Of a stretch of DNA of 64,000 bases, positions 44,133 through 53,800 are shown one piece after another. The notes beneath the pieces are model-generated. The model was not told the DNA's origin, did no database searches, and saw only the letters and a list, made by a program, of their open reading frames with translations. Origin of the DNA: Prochlorococcus sp. AG-459-B06 (GTDB lineage Bacteria; Cyanobacteriota; Cyanobacteriia; PCC-6307; Cyanobiaceae); the NCBI GenBank assembly GCA_003209475.1, contig QCQY01000004.1:6115-70114 (forward strand), in the 5' to 3' direction. How positions within the stretch are numbered: position 1 is the first letter of the stretch; every line of letters begins with the position of its first letter. Made by a program: the position numbers and the translations under genes.

Positions 44133-45239
44133 ATGCTTAAAGTAAATAGAGGTGATTTTTTAATAAAGCCATTTTTAAAAAGAAATAATATTAGAGCTTC
44201 TTATCAAATTATTTCTACCCTCTTCCCAATAATTTCTATTTGGTTAATCATCTACCACATAATCAATCAACCTTTTTCGTTATTGATTAAAGGGTTTTTA
44301 TTGATACCTCTTATAGTTCTGCTAACACTATTCTCTTCTAGAACATTTTCATTAATGCATGATTGCGGTCACAATTCTCTCTTTACAAAACGGAAATTAA
44401 ATCGCTTCTTTGGATTTTTACTTGGCTTGGTTAATGGTATTCCCCAGAAGTCTTGGTCAATTGATCATGCATTTCATCATAGAAATAATGGAAATTGGGA
44501 AATTTACAAAGGACCGATAGATGTTTTAAGTCTTGAAGATTATGAATCCCTTACAAAAAGAGAGCAAATATTCTATAAAGTAAGTCGAAACTGGATGATG
44601 CTTTTCCCTGGCGGGTTTTTTTACTTAGTTTTGAAACCTAGATTAGGACTTGTTTTTATTATTTTTAATTTCATTAAAGATATATTGGAAGAGACTTTTA
44701 TCAAAATAAAAAACAGAGAAATTTCTCAACTTCTAGCTATTAATTCAAGAGTCAAACCACCTTTTTCTGATTATGGAGATAATTTCAGTGAGCTTTGTGA
44801 ATTAATAATCAATAACATAGTAGTAATAATAGGGTGGATTTTTATGTGTAAATGGTTGGGGTTAGTTTTTTTCTTATCATTTTATTCCATTGTATTAACC
44901 TTATCAGCAGCAATTTTAATATGTGTTTTTTTCGTACAACATAACTATGAGAATGCATATGCTAAAAATAAAAAAAACTGGGATCTCATCGATGGAGCGA
45001 TTTTAGGTAGTAGCAATTTAGATATTCCTAATTGGCTTAATTGGTTTTTAGCCGACATATCCTTCCACAGCATTCATCATCTCTCTGAGAGAATACCAAA
45101 TTACAACTTAAGAGCTTGTCATAAAGCAAACATTCATTTGCTCCAACAATCAAAGTTCTTAAAATTAAGGGATTTTTCAAACTGCTTCAAATATATTATT
45201 TGGGATAATAAAAATGAAAAATTAATTCCCATAAGTTAA
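44133..45239 (+). CDS. membrane fatty acid desaturase (DesA-like)
   Basis: His boxes HDCGH, HAFHH, HSIHH; ATG at 44133 preferred. Confidence 0.88.
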   Translation: MLKVNRGDFLIKPFLKRNNIRASYQIISTLFPIISIWLIIYHIINQPFSLLIKGFLLIPLIVLLTLFSSRTFSLMHDCGHNSLFTKRKLNRFFGFLLGLVNGIPQKSWSIDHAFHHRNNGNWEIYKGPIDVLSLEDYESLTKREQIFYKVSRNWMMLFPGGFFYLVLKPRLGLVFIIFNFIKDILEETFIKIKNREISQLLAINSRVKPPFSDYGDNFSELCELIINNIVVIIGWIFMCKWLGLVFFLSFYSIVLTLSAAILICVFFVQHNYENAYAKNKKNWDLIDGAILGSSNLDIPNWLNWFLADISFHSIHHLSERIPNYNLRACHKANIHLLQQSKFLKLRDFSNCFKYIIWDNKNEKLIPIS

Positions 45240-45242
45240 TAC

Positions 45243-45395
45243 CTAATTTAACCTTCTTCTCAATTTTCTTTTTAGAGGAATAGTGCTATATGCATGAGTA
45301 CCAATAGATGGAGGTAAGTCATTCTTTAAAGGATGCATAAAAGCATTTGCCATACTCTCTAACATTTTCGAAAGCCAATTAATTACTGATTTCAT
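45243..45395 (-). CDS. small hypothetical protein (50 aa)
   Basis: MKSVINWLSKMLESMANAFMHPLKNDLPPSIGTHAYSTIPLKRKLRRRLN. Confidence 0.55.
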   Translation of the reverse strand: MKSVINWLSKMLESMANAFMHPLKNDLPPSIGTHAYSTIPLKRKLRRRLN

Positions 45396-45683
45396 TTAAA
45401 AATTAAAAGTGTACTTTCTTATCTTCTAACTAAATTACTGAAAAGTAAATCAGTCTTTATGCTGATTTTTTTAGAAGATTACCTTATAAAATTAATATTA
45501 AATAATCAAAATTATTGCTTATTTTTGTTTTTTAAAAGAAGAATATTACTATCTTTTTAAAGGTTAATCAGCTGCAAAATAAATTTAGTAAATAATACTT
45601 ATTTTTTCTAATTAACTTAATAAATTAAATTATTTAATATAATTTCGTGCTATATCTCTATTCCAAATAAATTTAACAATATT

Positions 45684-45842
45684 ATGAATGATTCATTTGT
45701 TTCTACAAGCCAGAATACAGAAATAGATTCTATTAATTCATATTTCGAGTGTATTACTGAATGCAGTATTGTGGATGGTCATCAAGAATGTATTACTCGT
45801 TGTTTAGAAATTCATTTAAAGGGGGGTGATCAAAATGAATAG
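45684..45842 (+). CDS. small four-Cys protein (52 aa)
   Basis: ...YFECITECSIVDGHQECITRCLEIHL... Confidence 0.7.
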   Translation: MNDSFVSTSQNTEIDSINSYFECITECSIVDGHQECITRCLEIHLKGGDQNE

Positions 45843-45987
45843 AAGAAATTCACCTCAAAGGAAAACGACTTTAAAATGGAACTCGAATGGAGAGCTTTCC
45901 GAAATTGATATGTTGAGAATTTTAGAAAAGATATCATCACATGATCTTAATCAATGCGAATTAACATGCGATTCTGATCAATTTTAA
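45835..45987 (+). CDS. small protein (50 aa) overlapping the previous ORF
   Basis: MNRRNSPQRKTTLKWNSNGELSEIDMLRILEKISSHDLNQCELTCDSDQF; GGGGG SD-like sequence upstream. Confidence 0.65.
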   Translation: MNRRNSPQRKTTLKWNSNGELSEIDMLRILEKISSHDLNQCELTCDSDQF

Positions 45988-46243
45988 AATTAATTATTTC
46001 TATATCTTTTTAAATTATTAATTACGTAAAAAATTTGATACTAATATCAAAAAAAGTATTTCTACTAAGCTGTATTTTAAAGATCTGGAGTTATACTAAA
46101 TTAAAAATTTCTCTTTCAATATTTTCACCAATGTTGCTGATAAAAAGCAGCTTATGGAATTTTAAGATATCATTTTTCAATTAACCAGATTTCAATCAAG
46201 ATTTAGAACATTTTCACGATATCTTAGGTTTTATTTTAAAAAA

Positions 46244-46384
46244 TTAATTTTTAGAACTACTACCTTTTTTTAATAATGTTTTACTAATTTCTTTTTTTGT
46301 TAGTTGAATCGGGTTTACTAAACCTGAATCGCCATGAGTTGGACAATAATAAGTCATGAGCATCCACTTTTTTTCTTCATTCAT
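46244..46384 (-). CDS. small hypothetical protein (46 aa)
   Basis: MNEEKKWMLMTYYCPTHGDSGLVNPIQL... Confidence 0.5.
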   Translation of the reverse strand: MNEEKKWMLMTYYCPTHGDSGLVNPIQLTKKEISKTLLKKGSSSKN

Positions 46385-46573
46385 AACTAATCTCTATTTA
46401 AGTAATGATTAGATAAATAGGATGAATTTTGAAAAAATTGATTTTTTTTAATCTTTTTTTCTTTTTTACTTAATAATTTATAAAAATTTTGAATCTATTC
46501 TCACTAAATAGATATAAATACGCATGACTTTTAAAAAAAATCCTGCTATTTATTAATAAATTCAAAAATATTC

Positions 46574-46705
46574 ATGTCTCTAGAATCTATATTGATGGTA
46601 GTTGCTCCAATCTGTCTTTTTACTGTAGGAGTTATTGTTCTACCTATTCTAGTAAAGCCACGTAAACAATCTGGTTTACCTAAGAGGTATATACGGGGTC
46701 TTTAA
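46574..46705 (+). CDS. small TM peptide (43 aa)
   Basis: MSLESILMVVAPICLFTVGVIVLPILVKPRKQSGLPKRYIRGL. Confidence 0.55.
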   Translation: MSLESILMVVAPICLFTVGVIVLPILVKPRKQSGLPKRYIRGL

Positions 46706-46954
46706 ATCAATTAAGCTTTAAAGAAGAGTAAAGAGAATCAGAATCAAAATAGAAATAAATATATAAATAAAAAGTTTGCGATAAAAGAATAAAATAAAAA
46801 ATGTTTGGCTATAAAATTTTATTTGAAGATGAAATTAAAATCGCAAAAACTTTACCGAAAAAAAATTATAAATTCTTTTCATTATGAGATGCTGTGATGG
46901 ATAATAGAATATGTAAATTCACTTTTATTTAACAAAATTTCTAACCAAAAAAAT

Positions 46955-48121
46955 TTGAGTAATATAAAATTCTCAGGTCTTAAAGGCCAAGCGCTTGTAA
47001 TAGAGGATAAAGATATTCCAAGCATAAAAGAATTTCAGGATGTTATTCCAGATCACTACTTTAAGTGCAATACTAAAACTTCTTTGAGATATCTTTTACA
47101 ATCAGCTTTAATTCAATCATTAGTAGTTGCGATAGGGTTATCTATCCCATTTACCCCAAAAATGATCCCAATTTGGATTATTTACGCATTACTATCAGGT
47201 ACCACTGCAATGGGATTTTGGGTAATTGCCCATGAATGTGGGCATGGAGCATTCTCTAAAAACAAGACCTTGCAATCTATAACTGGTTATTTACTTCATT
47301 CATTACTTCTAGTGCCCTATTTTTCTTGGCAGCGTTCTCATGCAGTTCATCATCGATTCACAAATAACATAACCAATGGAGAAACTCACGTCCCTTTAGT
47401 CATTGAAGGGAATGGAGTTACAGAAAAAGTTGGTGGAGAAAAAGAATTACATTTTTCAAATTCCTTAGGTAAGAAAAATTATGGTATTCTTCAACTCGTT
47501 TTACATCTAATATTTGGCTGGCCTGCTTATTTACTTACAGGAAGTACGGGAGGTATTAAATATGGTACTTCAAATCATTTTTGGCCAATTAAACCATTTT
47601 CTAAAGCATTATGGCCATCAATATGGGCTAAGAAAGTTTGGATTTCAGATATTGGTGTAGGTTTGACATTATTGGGCATTGTTTATTTAGTTTTCAAGCA
47701 TGGATTATTTCCAGTAATTGCTCTGTATTTTGGTCCTTTATTAGTAGTTAATTGTTGGCTAGTAGTTTATACATGGCTTCATCATACAGATTCAGATGTG
47801 CCTCATCTTTCAAATACGGAATTTTCCTTTATGCGAGGAGCATTTCTATCTATTGACAGGCCTTACGGTAGAATTCTTAATTTTCTTCACCATAATATAG
47901 GTTCTAGCCATGTCGTTCATCATGTATGTCCAACGATCCCTCATTATCATGCAAAAAGGGCAACTATCTTAATTAAAAAAGCCTTTAAAAAAGCATATCT
48001 TTTTAATCCTGATCCAATACACAAAGCTCTATGGAATATTGCTTGCAATTGCATTGCCGTTAAGTCAGACATCAAGAGAGGAAGATATATATGGCAAACT
48101 TCGTACAAAATAGTGGATTAA
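46955..48121 (+). CDS. desA: delta-12-type (FAD2-like) fatty acid desaturase
   Basis: HECGHGAF, LLVPYFSWQRSHAVHH, TWLHHT, HVVHH, IPHYHA. Confidence 0.88.
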   Translation: MSNIKFSGLKGQALVIEDKDIPSIKEFQDVIPDHYFKCNTKTSLRYLLQSALIQSLVVAIGLSIPFTPKMIPIWIIYALLSGTTAMGFWVIAHECGHGAFSKNKTLQSITGYLLHSLLLVPYFSWQRSHAVHHRFTNNITNGETHVPLVIEGNGVTEKVGGEKELHFSNSLGKKNYGILQLVLHLIFGWPAYLLTGSTGGIKYGTSNHFWPIKPFSKALWPSIWAKKVWISDIGVGLTLLGIVYLVFKHGLFPVIALYFGPLLVVNCWLVVYTWLHHTDSDVPHLSNTEFSFMRGAFLSIDRPYGRILNFLHHNIGSSHVVHHVCPTIPHYHAKRATILIKKAFKKAYLFNPDPIHKALWNIACNCIAVKSDIKRGRYIWQTSYKIVD

Positions 48122-48238
48122 AACCGCACTAAACATCAATTCTTTATCACATTAATTTACGCAAATCTGAAAAGAATATAAAAGAATTAGCAATAACAAA
48201 TTTTTCATCTTATAAAATACCCACTATCTAGTAATTCT

Positions 48239-48400
48239 ATGAGTGGCGACAATTTGCATGGTAAGCAGCCTATTAAATTTTATTCTGAAGAAATAACACT
48301 CACAAAAGTTGAATTATTAGAAAGACAGTTGAGTTTAGGCGAAAAAATTTCAGATTTAGATCAAAAGCATAAAGAATGGAGCAAAAAACTAACAGGTTGA
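48239..48400 (+). CDS. small hypothetical protein (53 aa)
   Basis: MSGDNLHGKQPIKFYSEEITLTKVELLE... Confidence 0.55.
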   Translation: MSGDNLHGKQPIKFYSEEITLTKVELLERQLSLGEKISDLDQKHKEWSKKLTG

Positions 48401-48451
48401 TCATCTAATATGATGAATTTTAGTAACTTATTGATATTTGTATTTGCCTTA

Positions 48452-49069
48452 TCAATAATCTTTTCTGTAAATTATTGAAAAATTATTTGCAGGCATCTTA
48501 ATAATATCCTCTTGAGAAAAACCATTTTTCTTACTCTCATCACAAACTTCCTCAAGATTTTTAATGCCCCAAAGATCATTTTGAATTTTTAATGAATTAT
48601 CGAAAAAGTAATTACTTTCACTTGTATGCTTATTACAAATTTTAAATGGCCCATACAAAATCAAAAATTGCCCCTTATTTAGTAATTTTCCTGACTCTCT
48701 AAAAAGCGCTACAGTACAAGACCACTGTGCTACATGAATCATATTTATAGAGACTATTCCTTGCAAAGAATGAGCTAATCTCAATGGAATATTCCAAGGA
48801 ATTTTTTCTACATCAATCTCAAGAGGCTGGGGCATTTTCTTAGTTAGGTCTTCATACTCAATCCAAGAACTTATACTTTTTCTATGTACTAACTCTGGGT
48901 CACTTGTTTGCCAAATTGTTCCAGGAAAGCGTTTTTGAAAAACTACTCCATGTTCACCGCTGCCACTCCCGATTTCCAATATTGAACCTTTCTTTATAAT
49001 TCTGGACAGTACATCACCAATGCAGTCTCTATTTCTTTGAGTTGCTGAAAAAAAAAGTCTATTATCCAA
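48452..49069 (-). CDS. DUF938-type SAM-dependent methyltransferase
   Basis: A..RN, LEIGSGSGEH, WQTSD, NMIH, YGPF, MPANN. Confidence 0.88.
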   Translation of the reverse strand: MDNRLFFSATQRNRDCIGDVLSRIIKKGSILEIGSGSGEHGVVFQKRFPGTIWQTSDPELVHRKSISSWIEYEDLTKKMPQPLEIDVEKIPWNIPLRLAHSLQGIVSINMIHVAQWSCTVALFRESGKLLNKGQFLILYGPFKICNKHTSESNYFFDNSLKIQNDLWGIKNLEEVCDESKKNGFSQEDIIKMPANNFSIIYRKDY

Positions 49070-49120
49070 AATTAAAAAAATTGGTCGCTTCAGTAAAAAG
49101 AATAATTCTAAAATCCTTTA

Positions 49121-49285
49121 TTATTTAACCTTTCTCAATTTAGGAGTCTTGAAAAACATTATTTTAAGGCTAAAGAATAATATTGAAATTGTTAGAGCAG
49201 GCAATATGTAAAGTATTAAGTCAGAACTCATTAGAGAAGGAATCCTTCCAAAAATCAAATGTAAGTAGTAAGTCTCGAATGACAT
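49121..49285 (-). CDS. small TM peptide (54 aa)
   Basis: Manual translation; hydrophobic core and basic tail. Confidence 0.45.
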   Translation of the reverse strand: MSFETYYLHLIFGRIPSLMSSDLILYILPALTISILFFSLKIMFFKTPKLRKVK

Positions 49286-49365
49286 AAATCCTATATATCT
49301 CTATTTTATTAATAGCAATTATTTAAATTATAAAAACTACTTTTAGTCAAAAACTAAAAATTATG

Positions 49366-49458
49366 ATAAAAAAAGAGTCAGCCTGTATCCCTACTAGCTG
49401 ACTCTCAAAATATATTAATTTAAATTACCTCTAAATGAGGATAAACCTCAAAAAAAGG
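49366..49458 (-). ncRNA. candidate ~90-nt sRNA ending in a terminator-like hairpin
   Basis: GAGTCAGC/GCTGACTC stem, loop TAGTAGGGATACAG, U-tract; 5' mini-hairpin TGAGG/CCTCA; no ORF. Confidence 0.45.
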
Positions 49459-49592
49459 CGAAAAGCTTATATTTTTTACGAAATTTAAATTATCAGAACA
49501 AAAATGAAAGCAACGTAAAGGTATATTTCGACACATATATGTAGCAGTTTTTAAATTTAGCTTGATAAAGGGAGAAATAATCCCTGTTTTTC

Positions 49593-49630
49593 TTTACATT
49601 ATTAAATAATTATGTTATATTAATTAATAA
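49593..49630 (+). promoter_or_regulatory. hli promoter with HLR1-like half site
   Basis: TTTACATT then TGTTATAT extended -10; 29/38 identical to the reverse complement of 50727-50764. Confidence 0.6.
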
Positions 49631-49644
49631 TACATATAAACAAA

Positions 49645-49752
49645 ATGACTCCAGAAGCAGAACGTTTTAATGGCTGGGCAGCAATGTTAGGTTTCGTTGC
49701 AGCAGTCGGCGCATATGTCACAACAGGCCAAATCATTCCAGGTTGGTTCTAA
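49645..49752 (+). CDS. hli: high-light inducible protein (35 aa)
   Basis: MTPEAERFNGWAAMLGFVAAVGAYVTTGQIIPGWF. Confidence 0.95.
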   Translation: MTPEAERFNGWAAMLGFVAAVGAYVTTGQIIPGWF

Positions 49753-49892
49753 TGAAAAATAACGAACCAAAAATAGTTGAAAAAGAAAAGATCGTTGCTG
49801 AAAAGCTTAACGGTAGGTTCGCAATGTTAGGTTTTGTCGCTCTAGTTGGAGCATATTTAACTACAGGTCAAATCATTCCTGGTTACATCTAA
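49752..49892 (+). CDS. hli: high-light inducible protein (46 aa)
   Basis: AEKLNGRFAMLGF...TGQIIPGYI; TAATG coupling to the previous hli. Confidence 0.95.
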   Translation: MKNNEPKIVEKEKIVAEKLNGRFAMLGFVALVGAYLTTGQIIPGYI

Positions 49893-50505
49893 TATAAATT
49901 TTTTTTAATTTTTATAAAAAAGCATAGTTTAAAATTAAATTAGGCTTTTTTAAATGAAATTTTCTTATCATAAATAATTTTATAAATTGAGGTTTGAGAA
50001 ATTTTATTTACAACAAAAAGTATTTTAAAAATCAGCCTAAAAACACTATCTCATTTCAAAAAATTAGATTCTAATTTTTTCGGTTTATTTTTATAATCTA
50101 TCATCGAGAAACAAATCAAACTAATAAATGTTACTAGCAACAATATTAAAGAACATCATTGTTCCTCCAAAAAAGCGCTAGAGGGAAATGATTAATTTGA
50201 AAAACATATAAATAAGAAATATTAATTTGATTATTTTTCTCCTCTAAAACTTTAGTTAATTCTTTGATTAATACTATTCTTATCGAGATAACTAGAGGTT
50301 TTGATGAGGGTATATCTTGGACCCGAGACTGCATTTATTAGCAAAAAAAATGCTTATATATTTCTAGGAATAATATTTAGCTTGAATGTCATCACTTTTA
50401 TTTGGTTTTTCTTATTTTCAAATTTATAATAAAAATTAAATTTTCGTTTAATGTATTTAATAATAAAGCTTAAACTACAAGTCTATTAAAATAGTTACTT
50501 AGAAA

Positions 50506-50712
50506 CTAAAAAATCCCTGGAATTATTTGTCCAGTCGTTACATAAGCACCTAATAAAGCAACGAAACCAACCATAGCCCATCTCCCATTTACTTTTTCTG
50601 CATTTTGAGGATATCCATCGTAAGAAACAGCTTCATCAATATAAGGCCTAGTTTCTGATGGGAACATATTCTGTCTACCACCTGATTCTGTAGTTACTCC
50701 TAATTTTGTCAT
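50506..50712 (-). CDS. hli: high-light inducible protein (68 aa)
   Basis: AEKVNGRWAMVGF...TGQIIPGIF. Confidence 0.95.
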   Translation of the reverse strand: MTKLGVTTESGGRQNMFPSETRPYIDEAVSYDGYPQNAEKVNGRWAMVGFVALLGAYVTTGQIIPGIF

Positions 50713-50726
50713 TTAATTTATTTTAA

Positions 50727-50764
50727 TTGTTAACTAAAGTAACACAAATATTAACTTATGTAAA
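50727..50764 (-). promoter_or_regulatory. hli promoter with HLR1-like half sites
   Basis: TTTACATA...TGTTACTT on - strand; matches 49593-49630. Confidence 0.6.
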
Positions 50765-50955
50765 CCAAAATCTCCAATAATTTACCTCTATGAATTTTTG
50801 TTATGGATAATTATGTGGCATTTCTGTTTACAAAATGAACAATAAGCATTTGAGAAATCACTTTTTATTATCAAATTCGCAGATCCATTATTAAAAATAA
50901 GCATTTATACTCACAGTAAGTAATTTTACTTATTAAAATAGTTATAGCATTTAGG

Positions 50956-51045
50956 AAGTGCTTAGCTGGTTAAATCAGAATATCTGAATTAACTAAGTCG
51001 TCATGAGCTTGTCGGTGGGATACTTGGCAGGCTCTTTCAATTTTT
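50956..51045 (+). ncRNA. candidate ~90-nt two-hairpin sRNA
   Basis: TAGCAT -10 at 50945-50950; stem 1 CTTAG/GTTAA/TCAGA pairs with TCTGA/TTAAC/CTAAG; stem 2 GAGCTTGTC/GGCAGGCTC then T-rich tail. Confidence 0.55.
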
Positions 51046-51670
51046 AAAAATAAGAAATATATTAAGCATAAATATGTTTTTCTACCTATTTAATAAAATC
51101 TTTAAGACAAGTAACTAATGCCAAAGATTTATTTGTTTGCTAAATAAAAAATATATTGAACAATATTTATGTCTTTAGATTTTATTCTCATTCCATCTTG
51201 TATTTTGATTATCCTTTTTCTTTTAAATCAAGAAAATATGATATACAAAAAAAATCAAAAGGTTAAATAATTTCATTACTACAAAAAGTTTAATACTAAA
51301 AGTAAAAGATTGTACAACTTTATTATTCCTAAAAATAACATTTTTTTAAAACAACTACTTTTAAAGAGTTTAAAAACCTTAGATGATTCAATAGGGAGAC
51401 CATACCATCTTTTTTCTTAAAATTAATTTGTCCCAATATATTTTTGCGTTATTAATTTGATTTAGTTTTTGTTGGCAGTGCGTGCAATTGCATTCATGCA
51501 TAGAAGTTTTATTTTTCATTCCTTACCATTTTATTTTAAGAAACCAAATTTCTTGTTTTATTTCAAGTGTTAATAAATTATTTTTCTAATTTATTATTGA
51601 AATTTAAAGAATGAAATATTATTTTTAACTATCAGTTTTGTATTGGTTTCTAAATCATTGATATTTTATA

Positions 51671-52912
51671 ATGTTTAAAAAGACAGTAAAAACAAATAAA
51701 TCTCTTTTGAAACTTTCAAATCAATCACTCATTAAAAAAACTATTAATAAAATAATTTCTCCTTGGTATTTAATTCCTTTAATAGATAGATGGGTATTAG
51801 GACAAATAATACCTCCCATGATATTTGCAATTTCTGCTTTTACTGTTATTTCATTATCTGTTGGGGTAATGTTTGATCTTATAAGGAAAATAGTTGAATT
51901 TGGTTTACCCTTATTTTTAGCTTTAAAAGTTCTTTTTTTTAGTTTACCCAGTTTTTTAGTCTTATCATTCCCAATGGCAGTTTTACTTTCAACATTATTA
52001 GCCTATGGAAAATTATCAAGCAATTCTGAATTGCTGGCATTGAAATCTTTGGGTATAAAAACTTCAAGAATTATTTCTCCAGCTATCGCTCTTTCAATAT
52101 TTATGACAGGATTGACTTTTTACTTTAACGATAATTTAGTTCCTGCGAGTAATAAATTAGCTGAAACGACATTAAGAGCAGGAATAGGAAGTTCTTTTAG
52201 CGCAGAACAAGGAAAAGATAATATTATGTTTTCAAGATATGGTTCTAGGATAAATTCATCAAATAACAAACCAACAAAAATAAATACTTATCTTACTCAT
52301 ATATTTTATGCTTCATGGTATGAAAACAACCTTATGGAGGAAGTCACAGTTCTAGATTTTTCCAGAGAAGATTTTCAACAAATTTTAAAGGCAAAAAATG
52401 GAAAATTTGATAAAAAAAGTTCTTCTTGGATATTTTCTGAAGGGAGTATTGTATCAATTGATCCAAGCGGCCAAACTACAAATATTCAATTTAAAGAATA
52501 TACATATCCATTTGTGGAAGGACCTATGGAGCTGGCAAAAGTGCCTAAGGATGCAAATGAAATGACTTTAAAGCAGGCTATACAAGCAGAAAAGATTTAT
52601 GAAAAAACTGGAAACCTTAAGGAGGTAAGAAGAATAAAAGTCCGTATTCAAGAAAAATTTACTCTACCTTTTGCATGCTTGGTCTTTGGTTTAATAGGAA
52701 GCAGTCTTGGATCTAAATCTAATTTAAGATCTTCAAAAAGTCAGGGATTTGGACTAAGCGTGATTCTTATATTAATTTATTATGTTATGTCATTTTTATT
52801 TAGTTCGTTCGGAGTAAAAGGTATTTTGCCTCCAACTTTCGCTGCCTGGTTACCTGTCTTAATTTCTCTGGGAGGTGGAATTTATTTATTGAGAAAATCA
52901 AGTTCCTTTTAA
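51671..52912 (+). CDS. LptF/LptG family permease
   Basis: LIDRW, P.AVLLSTLL.YG.LS..SE..A..S.G, KF.LP.AC, AAWLP. Confidence 0.9.
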   Translation: MFKKTVKTNKSLLKLSNQSLIKKTINKIISPWYLIPLIDRWVLGQIIPPMIFAISAFTVISLSVGVMFDLIRKIVEFGLPLFLALKVLFFSLPSFLVLSFPMAVLLSTLLAYGKLSSNSELLALKSLGIKTSRIISPAIALSIFMTGLTFYFNDNLVPASNKLAETTLRAGIGSSFSAEQGKDNIMFSRYGSRINSSNNKPTKINTYLTHIFYASWYENNLMEEVTVLDFSREDFQQILKAKNGKFDKKSSSWIFSEGSIVSIDPSGQTTNIQFKEYTYPFVEGPMELAKVPKDANEMTLKQAIQAEKIYEKTGNLKEVRRIKVRIQEKFTLPFACLVFGLIGSSLGSKSNLRSSKSQGFGLSVILILIYYVMSFLFSSFGVKGILPPTFAAWLPVLISLGGGIYLLRKSSSF

Positions 52913-52984
52913 TACTTTAAGCACATAAATAAGAATATAATTATTTAACAAAATTCTTTTGCGAGTAAAAAGATTCTAAGATCT

Positions 52985-53569
52985 TTATTTCCCGTCTATT
53001 TTTTGATAACCATACCAATCAGGATAGTTGTTTTCTTGAATAAAGTTATTATCTGGAATTAATTCTATTTGCCAATTACCTATCTTTTTTATTTTTTCAC
53101 AATCGTCACAACTAATTATCATTTCTAGAGAAGCAAGATCATCTTTATGCTTTTTTTTAAAGCCAATAAGCCATTTGGATTTAGCTATATTTTTTGCCTC
53201 TAATTTAGTTGAAGCTGTAACCAATCCAAACTCATGTTTTTCCTGCATAGAGGTTGGACTATAGCCCCCAATATTGACAAACCATAAATGTTTTTTAGAC
53301 TTATTTTTTTTTACTAATTGCTCTTTATCTATTTTATCTTTTTCAAAATATATTAAATTAACCTTATAGCCATCTATATATTTTATTTTTTTATAGCTAT
53401 CAATATGCAAACCTTGTGGAGATCCAAACCAATCCTTTCTTAAAGTATCGTATGTATCCTCAATTCGAGATCCAACAACCCATCTTACATCATGTAATTC
53501 AATATTAGCTTTTTTTGCCTTTCCACCAAGCACTACTAAATAAAGAAAAATATTTTCTAATTTTTTCAC
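52985..53569 (-). CDS. DUF1543-like protein
   Basis: Two repeats: LGG..ELHD...LHID and NIGGY...EKHE...HKDD. Confidence 0.8.
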   Translation of the reverse strand: MKKLENIFLYLVVLGGKAKKANIELHDVRWVVGSRIEDTYDTLRKDWFGSPQGLHIDSYKKIKYIDGYKVNLIYFEKDKIDKEQLVKKNKSKKHLWFVNIGGYSPTSMQEKHEFGLVTASTKLEAKNIAKSKWLIGFKKKHKDDLASLEMIISCDDCEKIKKIGNWQIELIPDNNFIQENNYPDWYGYQKIDGK

Positions 53570-53656
53570 TTTTATTAAATAAAATTTATTACTTAGAATT
53601 TACATTAAATTATCAAGAGTTTACTTGCATATTATTTTTCTAATCAAGTGATTCAG

Positions 53657-53800
53657 TTAATTGAACCAACCTTTTTTCTTTGCTTTAACTTTTGGTGAAG
53701 TTTGAATCTTAGGCTCTTCGTCAACTCTACCTTTAATAATCATTAAGGGAACAATTGCCCATAGGGCTAAAAATAATATCCAGAATAGGTAAATGTTCAT
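53657..53800 (-). CDS. small TM peptide ending KKGWFN (47 aa)
   Basis: Manual translation. Confidence 0.55.
   Translation of the reverse strand: MNIYLFWILFLALWAIVPLMIIKGRVDEEPKIQTSPKVKAKKKGWFN

Noticed and set aside
49521-49534. GTA-N8-CAC upstream of hli as an NtcA site
   Set aside because: Second half-site is mismatched and not expected to be rare in this sequence
50146-50334. 62-aa ORF between hli genes
   Set aside because: No SD, motif or recognisable family; likely spurious or a decayed fragment
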